Notes: generated by a model from the sequence alone, not told the origin. Positions 25,711-35,157 are shown, numbered from the stretch's first letter. The stretch is 64,000 nt of DNA from a virus (IMGVR_UViG_3300047494_000100:1-64000); one strand, 5' to 3'. Numbers and translations are program-made.

Positions 25711-27840
25711 CTATTGTTCAGGAGCTGATGGTTGTTGAGCGGGAGGAGTATCACCTGCATCTTCCTCAAGATCTGGCGCACTAGCTGCCGTAACTTGCTG
25801 CAAAGATGCCTTATGCTCCTCAACCATGAGGTCATGCAACATCATCGCGATGTCTTTGGGATTCACTTGTTCTTTAATCAACACACTCATGCGATCCGTG
25901 ATCGCCTTATAGACATCGATGTCTTTCTGTTGATCCTTCGCCTTCAACTTCAGACGCTCGATGCTCAATTCCTGCGTGATGTCCACCATCAACTTCTGCA
26001 TTTTCTGCAATTCACCTTGCAGCTGGGCTACCGCTGGCGGGACGCCTTCACCCTTGGCTTGCGGGGGAACCATCCGTTCCATGCGTTCCGCAATATCGTC
26101 TGCCATTGGGAAGTCTGCTGCCTTAAATAGTAAGTCACCGATGAGGTTGACCAGCTGCGGAGCCTGTCCAAGAATCTGTGTGATTGCGTTAAAGGCTTCT
26201 TGACGACGAGTTGCATAGGCTGGGCCAATATCGGCCTCAACATCATATCTTCCAACATTGGGGTTGAATATTCCCTGTACTGTTTCATCAATCTTTTGTG
26301 TGTGCTTTGCATAAGCTTGCTGTGCCTGGGGATCCAACTTTACATGAGACTCTTCGCCATCTTCACCTATGATGCGGAGAATTCGAGGGGTGTCATAAAT
26401 CTTGGGAATTAAATCTATAAGAATCTTCCCAGTAAATCTAATTCCGACAGCCTGACCATCAATAAAGTGGTAAGTGGCATTGTCACCGCGACGCTGACGC
26501 GCATCAATTGCCTTACCAGAAATCTCGTTCGACTTATCACCAAAGTCTGCCTGGTACTGCCCAGACACCATGCTCATTTCTTCACGAGCAATTTGCATTC
26601 CCTGAATATACGCGGATGCCATCGTGGGTGGCTCAGCGCGGGCGGGCGCGGGTAATGGATTGCCATCATCATCGAATGCATTATATGGCAACACTGAATG
26701 ATTAACAGTGTTTGCGGTTTCCCAATACTGTTCAAGATTCTCTATCGATGCGGCTGCAGCAACATAAGGCGTCTTACTTTGAAGCGCCACATTTTCAACC
26801 GCGCTCGAAGACCAATAATTATAAATACGCTGAGGATCTTTTAAATTGCGAGTGTGGCCCTTGCGATCCAACTCACCATTGATGATAGTTTCCTCGCCAA
26901 CAATGCGAACGATAGGGACATACTCTCCAGCCCAATGGCGCCGTTCTGCAATTTCTTCGCCAATAATTAAATACCACTCCACCCGCCACTTATGAGTTTC
27001 ACGGAACTTTGTACCTGGGGCGTCTATAACAAGATCCATAATCTCATGCGGGACTTCACTTGCCTTTATGAGTTTGTCTTCACCAGTCGAGGGATCTGTG
27101 TATGACACTAACTTATCGGTGACACTTTCACGGCGATAATACTCCGCTACGCGGACATGCTCTTTATCAATCCATCCCGACGCATTACCCAATGCGGTCT
27201 CGCCGCCTTTGTCCTTGTACTCTGGGTATGCTGCGCGAAACTCATCCAACGGCATATCATCAAAGATGAAGCCAAAGCGCGCATCGGATCCATCAAGCTC
27301 ATTGATGTCTGGGTCAAGATAAACCGTGAGCGGATCTTTTATTCGTCGAATGAAAATCTCTTGATCAAAGTTATCATTTCCGAGATAATCGGTGACAACT
27401 CGCCAGTAGCCAATTCCACCCTGAACCTGGAAGCTAGTGGCTGTATCATACGCCACGGATGCATTGGAGATGTATTCAATGTGACGGAATATACCTTCGA
27501 AAACTTGAGCCGCTTCATAGGTCGCACCATTTCCCACTGGACGCACTGCGCAGCGCGGTTTATTCTGCTTGCAATCATTTATGATTTGCAAATTATGCTG
27601 GCGTGTTTTGTTGATGGTGAGACAGGGACGTTCATCAACGTCACGATTGCGCCTAATCTCATTCGGCCATTGGTATCCGTTGTCACTATCCGCCTGTGAA
27701 AACTTTAAGTCTTCAAGAAATAATTTCCTGGCGCGTGACTCCCATTCTTCACAATACTTGAAACGGCGTTGGGCTTCCGCAATAATCTTATCATCGCCCT
27801 TGAGACCTTCCTCATGGCTGAGCCCAGGATTATAAACCAA
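25711..27840 (-). CDS. Portal protein (P22-type)
   Basis: 709 aa. The N-terminal region RRNRDVDERPCLTINKTRQHNLQIINDCKQNKP and the position relative to terminase fit a portal. Confidence 0.8.
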   Translation of the reverse strand: MVYNPGLSHEEGLKGDDKIIAEAQRRFKYCEEWESRARKLFLEDLKFSQADSDNGYQWPNEIRRNRDVDERPCLTINKTRQHNLQIINDCKQNKPRCAVRPVGNGATYEAAQVFEGIFRHIEYISNASVAYDTATSFQVQGGIGYWRVVTDYLGNDNFDQEIFIRRIKDPLTVYLDPDINELDGSDARFGFIFDDMPLDEFRAAYPEYKDKGGETALGNASGWIDKEHVRVAEYYRRESVTDKLVSYTDPSTGEDKLIKASEVPHEIMDLVIDAPGTKFRETHKWRVEWYLIIGEEIAERRHWAGEYVPIVRIVGEETIINGELDRKGHTRNLKDPQRIYNYWSSSAVENVALQSKTPYVAAAASIENLEQYWETANTVNHSVLPYNAFDDDGNPLPAPARAEPPTMASAYIQGMQIAREEMSMVSGQYQADFGDKSNEISGKAIDARQRRGDNATYHFIDGQAVGIRFTGKILIDLIPKIYDTPRILRIIGEDGEESHVKLDPQAQQAYAKHTQKIDETVQGIFNPNVGRYDVEADIGPAYATRRQEAFNAITQILGQAPQLVNLIGDLLFKAADFPMADDIAERMERMVPPQAKGEGVPPAVAQLQGELQKMQKLMVDITQELSIERLKLKAKDQQKDIDVYKAITDRMSVLIKEQVNPKDIAMMLHDLMVEEHKASLQQVTAASAPDLEEDAGDTPPAQQPSAPEQ

Positions 27841-27843
27841 TGG

Positions 27844-27999
27844 TTATTTCTTTTTCTTGCCAAGTTTTACACTGTAAGCAATCGCTACAGCCTGCTTAGC
27901 AGCTTTCTTGGGAGATTTTCCCTTCGCTTCAATAGCTTTCACTTCCGTCTTCACGTTTTTCTTAAAAGTCTTAGCAGACTTTCCTTTAGCAAGCGGCAT
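27844..27999 (-). CDS. Small basic Lys-rich protein (KQAVAIAYS family)
   Basis: MPLAKGKSAKTFKKNVKTEVKAIEAKGKSPKKAAKQAVAIAYSVKLGKKKK. TAAGGA upstream. Confidence 0.45.
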   Translation of the reverse strand: MPLAKGKSAKTFKKNVKTEVKAIEAKGKSPKKAAKQAVAIAYSVKLGKKKK

Positions 28000-28057
28000 A
28001 AAAATATCCTTAGCTGAAATTGAATAAAAAATAGTGGGGTCATCCCACAGAAATAAC

Positions 28058-28261
28058 TCAGGCACAATCACCATAAGGTTTGCCTGCTCCTAAAAGATAA
28101 AGGGCTTCTTCAGTGCCAGTAGCACCACCACGAACTTTATTGGGCATCTCTACACCGCCTTTATCCTGTGCGGGATTATTGGCAGTTTCTATAGCAGGAT
28201 CCTGCTTCGGATCCGTGCCAATAAATCTTTTGCTATCGTGGATGTAGCCGTCCATGCTCAT
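28058..28261 (-). CDS. Small protein, LGAGxPY family (member 3)
   Basis: ...ATGTEEALYLLGAGKPYGDCA. Confidence 0.45.
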   Translation of the reverse strand: MSMDGYIHDSKRFIGTDPKQDPAIETANNPAQDKGGVEMPNKVRGGATGTEEALYLLGAGKPYGDCA

Positions 28262-28446
28262 TGCCCAGCGCCTTCATAAGGAGGTGTGTAAGGCATCCCA
28301 GCACCTAGCTGTTGTAGTGTGTTTCCAGTTCCCGCGCCATAACCCATATTGCGCTTCAGTTGTTCAATTTGGGCAATTTGCTGCAAAGGATTTGTCTGTG
28401 TGGTGTTCCCCTTTGGGTACATCGATGTATCCGTTGTCTGTGGCAT
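28258..28446 (-). CDS. Small protein, LGAGxPY family (member 2)
   Basis: ...GTGNTLQQLGAGMPYTPPYEGAGQ. Confidence 0.45.
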   Translation of the reverse strand: MPQTTDTSMYPKGNTTQTNPLQQIAQIEQLKRNMGYGAGTGNTLQQLGAGMPYTPPYEGAGQ

Positions 28447-28694
28447 TAGTATAATCCTTGTGTGTTGTAAGGAACGCCAGCACCTAATATTCCCAGGGAA
28501 TTTACTGTGCCAGGAGTGCCTCCGGTCATTTTATTTTGTGGTGTTGTTGTGCTCACCATTGGGACAGGAGCAGCGGATTGTGGTGAAGGTACAGGGGAAA
28601 TTGTCTGAACTTGTGGTGTAATCGAAGCTGCTTGTTGTGGTGCAGCCACAACGCCTGGAGGCGTACCCAACATTCCACCTAGTCTAATTGCCAT
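28446..28694 (-). CDS. Small protein, LGAGxPY family (member 1)
   Basis: ...GTPGTVNSLGILGAGVPYNTQGLY. Confidence 0.45.
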   Translation of the reverse strand: MAIRLGGMLGTPPGVVAAPQQAASITPQVQTISPVPSPQSAAPVPMVSTTTPQNKMTGGTPGTVNSLGILGAGVPYNTQGLY

Positions 28695-28996
28695 ATGTTT
28701 GAATAAGCATTGGGGTTAAAAACAATATACTTGTCAGTTGTCACATCATACTTCACTGCATCACCAATCTTCACATCCGGAAGATCAGACACCAATGTGG
28801 GTACAATTTGTCCATTTTCTAGTGTGATTGTGCGCCATGGTAGAAACATCATTGGGGTTTTATCAACCCATGAGCACGTTGTGGTGGGAAGATCTACTTC
28901 AATCTCCGGCACCTGTTCACTTTGTATTTCACCAACAGCAATAACTTCAAGCGTTTCCAAATAAATTGGTTTGTCTTTTAATTGATACCGCTTCAT
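28679..28996 (-). CDS. Hypothetical protein
   Basis: Track ORF in the chain. Confidence 0.45.
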   Translation of the reverse strand: MKRYQLKDKPIYLETLEVIAVGEIQSEQVPEIEVDLPTTTCSWVDKTPMMFLPWRTITLENGQIVPTLVSDLPDVKIGDAVKYDVTTDKYIVFNPNAYSNIWQLD

Positions 28997-29352
28997 GCGT
29001 TCGAAGCCCAGGTGAGAATCTGGTAATATCCTGCATTCAACGGACTCATTTCAATATAGTATTCGTTCCCATTTTGCGCAGCTGCTTCTAACACACGTTG
29101 CTGAGCAAATTGTGTGTTCGTGTAGGAGTATTGTTCTGGTAATTTTATCAAACAATCGTACTGGTACATCACAGCCAATGAACCATCAGGCGCGACACCA
29201 GCGGAAGAAATCCTATTGTATACTTTAGGAAATGTTTTTGTTTTGATAGCTGATGTTTCTATACCATTTACCTGCGAGATTATCTGTGACTGCGGCGAAG
29301 ATAAAAATGTCTGCGTTGGGTATTGACTAGTTACATTTATCATCGCATCCAA
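28993..29352 (-). CDS. Hypothetical protein
   Basis: Track ORF in the chain. Confidence 0.45.
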   Translation of the reverse strand: MDAMINVTSQYPTQTFLSSPQSQIISQVNGIETSAIKTKTFPKVYNRISSAGVAPDGSLAVMYQYDCLIKLPEQYSYTNTQFAQQRVLEAAAQNGNEYYIEMSPLNAGYYQILTWASNA

Positions 29353-30923
29353 GCCCCACCTTTATAAGGAATTTGTAAATTAATTGTTTTCTTTGTACCA
29401 ATGTCGACTGGTTTTTTCTTTTCACCTACAGGCTCAGCAAACGTCAACGCTATGGCATCCCATTCATCTGGACTTCTCATCCCACGTTTTTTAATATCTT
29501 GTTTGGCCTCAATCAATAATTGACCATACATATTATGCTTATATCCTGGACTACACGCATCTGCCTGAAGACTATCGAGATCAGGAATCTGTGCTTCACC
29601 AATATCTTCAAGCCATTTTTTACTACGCATCCACATTTCAGCGCGGCGATTTGCGGGGCCACCTTTTAGGCGGTCATTGTCAACAGCGCCTTTCACTTTT
29701 GCGCGGGGAGAATCTTGTGGTGATCCACCAAAGTTGATACCCACAACAACTTCTTTGTATACACCGCCCCAACTATGGAGAATATCCAATGTGCCAATGC
29801 CCGCGCCGCCAACGTCAATAAACGCACGGTCAGGTTTGTCTTCATCAATAATCTGGCGAATCCAATTTGCAGCTTCAACCGGCAAAATCTTCAGTTTATT
29901 TTCAATCTTCTGCACCACACGGCCCTGTCGCCATGCTATGGAGAAGCGATCTTCACCGCCCCATGAAGGGTCAATGCCCAAAATAAGTGGGCCGATGGGA
30001 TCGCAATTATTCTTGCGCGCTTTTAAAATCAATGCCGGAGGAATATAGCTGTCATGCCCAGTGAGCTGAAACGCCTCTGCCGCTGTCGCCGGATATTCCT
30101 GCATGAAAAGTAAATCACCTAATTCAATAATCTTTGCTGCCCGCCATGCCATCTGCTCATCGTCAAGGCCGTGGGCTGCCTTGTACAATTCATCCGCGTC
30201 GTTCAAAGAAAAGTCAGGTGGAACTGGGCGCCGATACTCATCCTGCCAAAACCACGGGATAAAGATGGCCTCGTAGTCACTTTGTCCGGCCTCGGCCTTC
30301 TGCCATTCCTTATGAAAATAATTCCCCATGCCGTTTGCCGTTGACTCAAGAATTACTTCTGTGCCAAGGAGGTTGGGTATGGCCTGTAAAATTCCCGCTG
30401 CATGAGTGTCTGCGTTTGGCCAAAAGGCCACTTCACTTCCGTGAAATAACTGTAGCGTTTGGCTACGTCCCACAGCTTTTGTGCCTGCGGTTCCAACTTT
30501 GTATCCTGAATCTAAGAGGTCAAAATCCAATTCCTTGGCGTTACTTGCGCCAGTATGTGGTCTGACAATTTCTGGGCAATGATCATGATATCTATTTGCC
30601 ATATCAAACAAATTGTCCGTGGCGTCTTGCTCATGTGTTAAGATGAACACACGTTTGCCAAAATTCTGTGTGACATGGTGATAAAATCTTCCACCAACAT
30701 AAGTGGAACACCCCTGCTGTCGACCCTTTAAAACTAAGGCCCGCACCATGCCTCGCAAGGCAAGTTGTTTTTCAAGCCGATCGTGCAAATATAATTGTGC
30801 ACGATTCAAGATTAATGCATCAACACTACCAGCCTTTGTGCGAATCTTTAAGCACTTTTGTGCGTAGTGTGTAAAGTCATCTCTCAATCTCTGAAAAACT
30901 TTGCGCTCAGCCGCACTAACCAT
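29340..30923 (-). CDS. terL: Terminase large subunit
   Basis: LVLKGRQQGCSTYVGGRF is a Walker-A-like segment. 527 aa, upstream of the portal. Confidence 0.8.
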   Translation of the reverse strand: MVSAAERKVFQRLRDDFTHYAQKCLKIRTKAGSVDALILNRAQLYLHDRLEKQLALRGMVRALVLKGRQQGCSTYVGGRFYHHVTQNFGKRVFILTHEQDATDNLFDMANRYHDHCPEIVRPHTGASNAKELDFDLLDSGYKVGTAGTKAVGRSQTLQLFHGSEVAFWPNADTHAAGILQAIPNLLGTEVILESTANGMGNYFHKEWQKAEAGQSDYEAIFIPWFWQDEYRRPVPPDFSLNDADELYKAAHGLDDEQMAWRAAKIIELGDLLFMQEYPATAAEAFQLTGHDSYIPPALILKARKNNCDPIGPLILGIDPSWGGEDRFSIAWRQGRVVQKIENKLKILPVEAANWIRQIIDEDKPDRAFIDVGGAGIGTLDILHSWGGVYKEVVVGINFGGSPQDSPRAKVKGAVDNDRLKGGPANRRAEMWMRSKKWLEDIGEAQIPDLDSLQADACSPGYKHNMYGQLLIEAKQDIKKRGMRSPDEWDAIALTFAEPVGEKKKPVDIGTKKTINLQIPYKGGAWMR

Positions 30924-30927
30924 GAGG

Positions 30928-31191
30928 CTACATTAATTCTTTAAGAAGTACTTCAAATTTGAATGGTTTTTCTTCATCCGCACCAATCATTGTTGTGGAT
31001 TTGCCATCAAGGCGATCACCAATTTCTTTTATGGCAGATATGTCACCTTCAAGCCCAGCTCTCACTAAAGAGTCTGCAAGCTTATCAAGCGAACGTATTT
31101 TTCCTTCCGCAACTCTATGAACAGCTCTAGTCACAGCTTCACGCCAGATCTTTTCACCCTTAAAGGGTTTTGGGTTTTTTGGAGCAGCCAT
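30928..31191 (-). CDS. Putative terminase small subunit / DNA-binding protein
   Basis: Called from position immediately upstream of terL. 87 aa and basic. Confidence 0.3.
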   Translation of the reverse strand: MAAPKNPKPFKGEKIWREAVTRAVHRVAEGKIRSLDKLADSLVRAGLEGDISAIKEIGDRLDGKSTTMIGADEEKPFKFEVLLKELM

Positions 31192-31263
31192 AGTGAGTTA
31201 CCTAAACAATTGTTGCGCCTTCAGTTTTACATCTTGAAGTAAGATGAGTTTTTAACTATTATT

Positions 31264-31301
31264 AACGAAAAGAATTGGCGGCAGCCCAATGCCACCGCCA
31301 A
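31264..31301 (-). terminator. Rho-independent terminator-like hairpin
   Basis: On the minus strand: TTGGCGG..CCGCCAA stem followed by TTCTTTTCGTT. Lies after the stop of 31312..32037. Confidence 0.45.
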
Positions 31302-31311
31302 TGTTATTCAA

Positions 31312-32037
31312 TTAAGTCCCAAGAATCACCAGCGGAGTGCCAGCGTTCACTGAAAGCGTAGCAGATGCCGGGAACACACCACCATTGATGCCAGACAATG
31401 TACCATACGTCGCAGCAACAGAGATGCCTGTGGTTGCCTGACCCGAAGTGGCAGCAAGATGTAACGCAGTATCCGCACCAAGCTGAGAAAACAGCGGAGT
31501 GTAAGTTGCCGAAACATCCGCCACAGTGGGGAAAGTTCCCGTCGCAGTAAAGATCGAAGCCAACCAATACCAGCCAGAATTCAACACCAACGGATTTGTC
31601 GGAGTGTAGTTCTGTACAGCAGCACCAGAAGTCGCGATCAAGGCAGTGGTGTTATTGGAAGAAGTCACCAATGACCCAGGATACCCCGCACCATTGTCTG
31701 TGTACATGCCAATAAATGCACCGCCACCAGTCTGACCAGTAGTGGTGTCAATCCCGAGTGTTTTAATTGTGCTAGGGCCAGCAATGTAGAACGGATAGGC
31801 ATAAAGCGTGCCAGTCACCGTCAAAAGCGTGCCGGGAGTTGCACCGGCAGGCAGCCCATAGAAACGTGAAGCCACCAGCGGAAGATTTCCGCCGAAGTAG
31901 CTAGAAAGCTGTGAAAGCGTTGCAGCCTCAGATTCAGGCTGTGCTCCAGCCGTCAGATTGGTATCAAGGGGGAGTCTTTCATTACCCGTAAACGGCAGTG
32001 CCGAAAGGGGAAAACCATTTGTATAAAGGCCACTCAT
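31312..32037 (-). CDS. Gly/Thr/Ala-rich structural-like protein
   Basis: 241-aa ORF. Confidence 0.45.
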   Translation of the reverse strand: MSGLYTNGFPLSALPFTGNERLPLDTNLTAGAQPESEAATLSQLSSYFGGNLPLVASRFYGLPAGATPGTLLTVTGTLYAYPFYIAGPSTIKTLGIDTTTGQTGGGAFIGMYTDNGAGYPGSLVTSSNNTTALIATSGAAVQNYTPTNPLVLNSGWYWLASIFTATGTFPTVADVSATYTPLFSQLGADTALHLAATSGQATTGISVAATYGTLSGINGGVFPASATLSVNAGTPLVILGT

Positions 32038-32112
32038 GTTATTGTATTCCTTCTATAAGTTTTGGGAATTGCTGCACTAAAAACTAACTTCTGCCGTGCA
32101 GATGAGCAGAAT

Positions 32113-32340
32113 TCACTTCTTATTCATAAAATCAACGGCTGCTTTCATGGGATCGCGCCCATCATGTATCCCACCGACAGAGGGGTGTTCCTTAGAAAAA
32201 ATCTCAGAACAATTTGTCCCATTGTCATGGCGGATTAAAAAGCCATTGTCTATTTTACGAACGTGTGTCGAAGAATAGTTGCTGTCCTGTTGACCAAAAG
32301 GCGAACGGACAAGCGCAGCCGTATCATCAAGACGAACCAT
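32113..32340 (-). CDS. Small hypothetical protein
   Basis: Track ORF. Contains GGIHDGRDPMK, loosely like motif B. Confidence 0.4.
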   Translation of the reverse strand: MVRLDDTAALVRSPFGQQDSNYSSTHVRKIDNGFLIRHDNGTNCSEIFSKEHPSVGGIHDGRDPMKAAVDFMNKK

Positions 32341-32348
32341 ATTTTCAC

Positions 32349-32606
32349 CTAGCGCATTTTGTGATCGTGCAGATAGCCACCCACCATCGGTGCGTGTTCA
32401 CCGCGCTGAGTTTCGCGATTGAGATGCTTCACAGCCGAAGTCATCATGTTGTCATTCAGTGCACCACGTTCATCAGTGGTCTCACCATGCGACATTTTCA
32501 TCGGAAGATCCTGAATTTCAGAACCGACCGTTTTTTCTGTGTGCATAGAGTCGGGGTGACCGCTAAGGCGTTCGCCCTGACCAGTAAATTTTTCATTGTA
32601 GCCCAT
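32349..32606 (-). CDS. Small His-rich hypothetical protein
   Basis: Track ORF. Confidence 0.4.
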   Translation of the reverse strand: MGYNEKFTGQGERLSGHPDSMHTEKTVGSEIQDLPMKMSHGETTDERGALNDNMMTSAVKHLNRETQRGEHAPMVGGYLHDHKMR

Positions 32607-32653
32607 GGAGTTTCTCCTATCTATATTATATGTTTGATTTGAAAATCAATGCC

Positions 32654-32685
32654 AAAAATAAAAAAGCAGCCCCTTTAGGACTGCT
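32654..32685 (-). terminator. Rho-independent terminator
   Basis: On the minus strand: AGCAGTCCTAAAGGGGCTGCT hairpin followed by TTTTTTATTTTT. Lies downstream of the stop at 32762. Confidence 0.6.
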
Positions 32686-32761
32686 CTGTAAAGACACCAC
32701 GGACATTGACTAGAAGTATGCTAGTGACGTTTTTTGAATAAAGAAAGCATAAAGATGATAC

Positions 32762-33241
32762 CTATTTCGATTTTTCTTTGAACACCCGTTCTCGTTCTTT
32801 GTCCATTAATTCGACAAGACGATCAAAGTGTTCTTGGTATAACCCATTGCTGTATTTCCGCAAATTCACAACAGTATCACTGCTCTCCATCGCAAATTCC
32901 ACAATTTCTATTCCCCGGCCCAACATCCCCCGACAAACGTTCTGATAGACCTCCGTAGCCTCCCCCAGAGAAGTTCCAATCCCCCACTGGGCCAATAAGA
33001 CGGCACAACTTCTAGGATGCCATGGGCTGCGGAAAGCCCGCTGTAGGTCAAGATATCCAGCCCCATACACCTTGTGATGGTGTTGTAAAACTTCTGTTTT
33101 TACTAGTTTTTCCACGACACTTCGATCCAGCACATTCGCCAGAACAATCCTATCTTTCAAATTCTTCTTAACCCAGAGATCACCCTTTGCCAACCGTTCG
33201 GGGGTGACAAGATTTTCAAGTTCCTCTGGTTTTTCTGTCAT
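32762..33241 (-). CDS. Hypothetical protein, first gene of the leftward late block
   Basis: 159-aa ORF. Confidence 0.5.
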   Translation of the reverse strand: MTEKPEELENLVTPERLAKGDLWVKKNLKDRIVLANVLDRSVVEKLVKTEVLQHHHKVYGAGYLDLQRAFRSPWHPRSCAVLLAQWGIGTSLGEATEVYQNVCRGMLGRGIEIVEFAMESSDTVVNLRKYSNGLYQEHFDRLVELMDKERERVFKEKSK

Positions 33242-33357
33242 ACCCCATCAATAACCCTACCGGAAACACAAAGTAAATCTTTTCCCAACAACACACAGCC
33301 CAACCCAAAGGGCCACACCAACCCCTACAGATAGTGTGTTGAACACCCAAAAGTGGT

Positions 33358-33419
33358 GCGCTTACCTTAGCTCGGCTAGAACCGGAGAAACACCACAAGG
33401 TAAGCGACAAGGTAAGCGC
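33358..33419. promoter_or_regulatory. Cluster of AAGGTAAGCGC boxes (one inverted, two direct)
   Basis: GCGCTTACCTTAGCTCGG at 33358-33375. AAGGTAAGCG at 33397-33406 and AAGGTAAGCGC at 33409-33419. Confidence 0.5.
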
Positions 33420-33657
33420 TCTCTTCGACTTAAAACCCTCTGTATTTTCTATTTATTATTATTATTAATATATTAATAACTTAAGGTACAGTAAGTGATC
33501 GGGTAAAAAAGCAGTTTGCTGTAATAATCTATTAGCTCGTACAAAGAGTATAGTTGGACCAGCTTTACGTGCCAATAGATTTATAGCGGAAATGTGATGT
33601 TTTAGCCGAGCGATGTTAAGCGCTGATGAATTCCCGTTAAATAACAGAAACTTAAAT

Positions 33658-33698
33658 GCGCTTACCTTACAATATCTTAACCGAGCTAAGGTAAGCGC
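33658..33698. promoter_or_regulatory. 12-bp inverted repeat GCGCTTACCTTA / TAAGGTAAGCGC with a 17-nt spacer
   Basis: Read directly. CCGAGCTAAGGTAAGCGC (33681-33698) is the exact inverted copy of 33358-33375. Confidence 0.5.
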
Positions 33699-33725
33699 CC
33701 CAAGCGTTTACACCTTAAAACGGAA

Positions 33726-33761
33726 AAGACCTACACCACTATATATAGGGATGTAGGTCTT
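33726..33761. terminator. Bidirectional terminator-like hairpin
   Basis: AAGACCTACA...TGTAGGTCTT 10-bp stem flanked by an A run and a T run. Confidence 0.4.
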
Positions 33762-33827
33762 TTCAAAGTAGGTGTAACGCCAGAAAAACTTTACGCTACT
33801 TTTCCCAAAATTAAAAGATTTTTGCTT

Positions 33828-33860
33828 TACGAACTTTACTATATCTTGGTAAAGTTCGTA
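33828..33860. promoter_or_regulatory. Perfect 12-bp palindrome TACGAACTTTAC-N9-GTAAAGTTCGTA upstream of the plus-strand operon
   Basis: Read directly. About 30 nt upstream of ATG 33891. The half-site CTTTACG recurs at 33788. Confidence 0.5.
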
Positions 33861-33890
33861 CAAGACACAACCAAAGGAGTGCAATTAAGT

Positions 33891-34457
33891 ATGAAATTCC
33901 CAGCCAACAACCTTGCCCAATGTATTAATAAATTAAAGAAGGCCAAATCCATAACTTCATTGGAAGATTTCTCCATACATATGGGTTACACCACTTTTAA
34001 TAATGGAGCTGCCAAAAGCCTGGTATACTCACTCTTTCACTTTGGGCTCATTGAGTTTAGCGGAAAAATGGATCAAATAAAAATGACGCCACTAGCGGAT
34101 AAGATCTTAAACAGCTTTACCACTGAATATGAGGATGCGGTTTTTGAGGCAGCTTTTAAACCAGAATTATTTGACAAGCTAAATCGTCAATTTGGGATAG
34201 AAATAATTGATAAGTCAATTATCCAGGAGTTTTGTACTAACTTAAAAATGACTGAAAGTGCCTCCCGCAAAGCAGCTTTGTCATATTCCAATACAGTACA
34301 GTACTTATTCTGTTGTTGCCCAGATTTAAATTTTTTGAAACGCGCTTCAAAAAACATGTTTGAGAAAGGTAGAGTAACATTGTCTTACCCACCAAACATG
34401 AATAGAGAAGAAATAGTCAACATTGTTCATGAGTTTTTAAAGGATCACATCGCATGA
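33891..34457 (+). CDS. Hypothetical protein, paralogue 1 of the plus-strand pair
   Basis: MKFPANNLAQCINKLKK...MGYTTFNNGAAKSLVYSLFHFGLIEF. AAAGGAG upstream. Confidence 0.55.
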   Translation: MKFPANNLAQCINKLKKAKSITSLEDFSIHMGYTTFNNGAAKSLVYSLFHFGLIEFSGKMDQIKMTPLADKILNSFTTEYEDAVFEAAFKPELFDKLNRQFGIEIIDKSIIQEFCTNLKMTESASRKAALSYSNTVQYLFCCCPDLNFLKRASKNMFEKGRVTLSYPPNMNREEIVNIVHEFLKDHIA

Positions 34458-34918
34458 GAAACACTTATCCTTATTATTCTCTACGTAAAGCGGTGGAAAA
34501 ATTAAAGCTTTTTCACGAAGTATTTGGGTATAATTCAGCAACTGCGGAGCAATTTTGTGTTTCTACAGGCTACACTAGCAGCTTTAATGGGGCAGCTTCA
34601 AGTTTATTTTCTACCACTAAGAAATATGGTTTGATAATTTTTGATGAAAAGACAAGAGTTATAAAAATAAGTGATCTTGGTCGAGAGGTATTGAAGGGAA
34701 ATCTTGAAGCCACCGAAAAAGCTGCCTTCCTCCCTCCTTTATTCAAATCCTTATGGAATCTAAGAAGAACAGACCTTGCTCCGCAAACCATTTCTTCCAT
34801 TGAGCAAAAGCTTTTCAGCAACGGTCTTTCTTCTTTCACTAAATTTCAAGCAAAGAATGCAGCAAGTTCCTATATAGGAACAATCAAGTACCTCGGGGAC
34901 CTTACTATTTTCCGCTAG
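34454..34918 (+). CDS. Hypothetical protein, paralogue 2 of the plus-strand pair
   Basis: ...TGYTSSFNGAASSLFSTTKKYGLIIF... shares motifs with the upstream gene. ATGA overlap. Confidence 0.55.
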   Translation: MRNTYPYYSLRKAVEKLKLFHEVFGYNSATAEQFCVSTGYTSSFNGAASSLFSTTKKYGLIIFDEKTRVIKISDLGREVLKGNLEATEKAAFLPPLFKSLWNLRRTDLAPQTISSIEQKLFSNGLSSFTKFQAKNAASSYIGTIKYLGDLTIFR

Positions 34919-35157
34919 AATTCTCCAACTTCCGTTGTATTTTCATAGCCTTTAGGGATGTTGAACGGAGCTAGTCCCGCATCAATGCGACCTCTGTAGA
35001 GTTCACCTACACATTCGTAGTCATAGATAGTCCTCCAGTATTTCCAACAACCCATACAAGACAGCAAAGTTTTTTCTTCCAAAAGCTTATTAAAAATCCC
35101 TTTTTCCGTTTTATCTTTAAAATGTAGTGTTATACCTCCCACGGATAACTCTCCCAC
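34915..35157 (-). CDS. Hypothetical protein
   Basis: Track ORF, convergent with the plus-strand pair. Confidence 0.4.
   Translation of the reverse strand: MGELSVGGITLHFKDKTEKGIFNKLLEEKTLLSCMGCWKYWRTIYDYECVGELYRGRIDAGLAPFNIPKGYENTTEVGEF

Noticed and set aside
33300-35000. Search for integrase, excisionase or CI-type lysogeny genes around the divergent region.
   Set aside because: I found no tyrosine or serine recombinase motifs in any frame of the window, so a temperate lifestyle cannot be claimed from this window.
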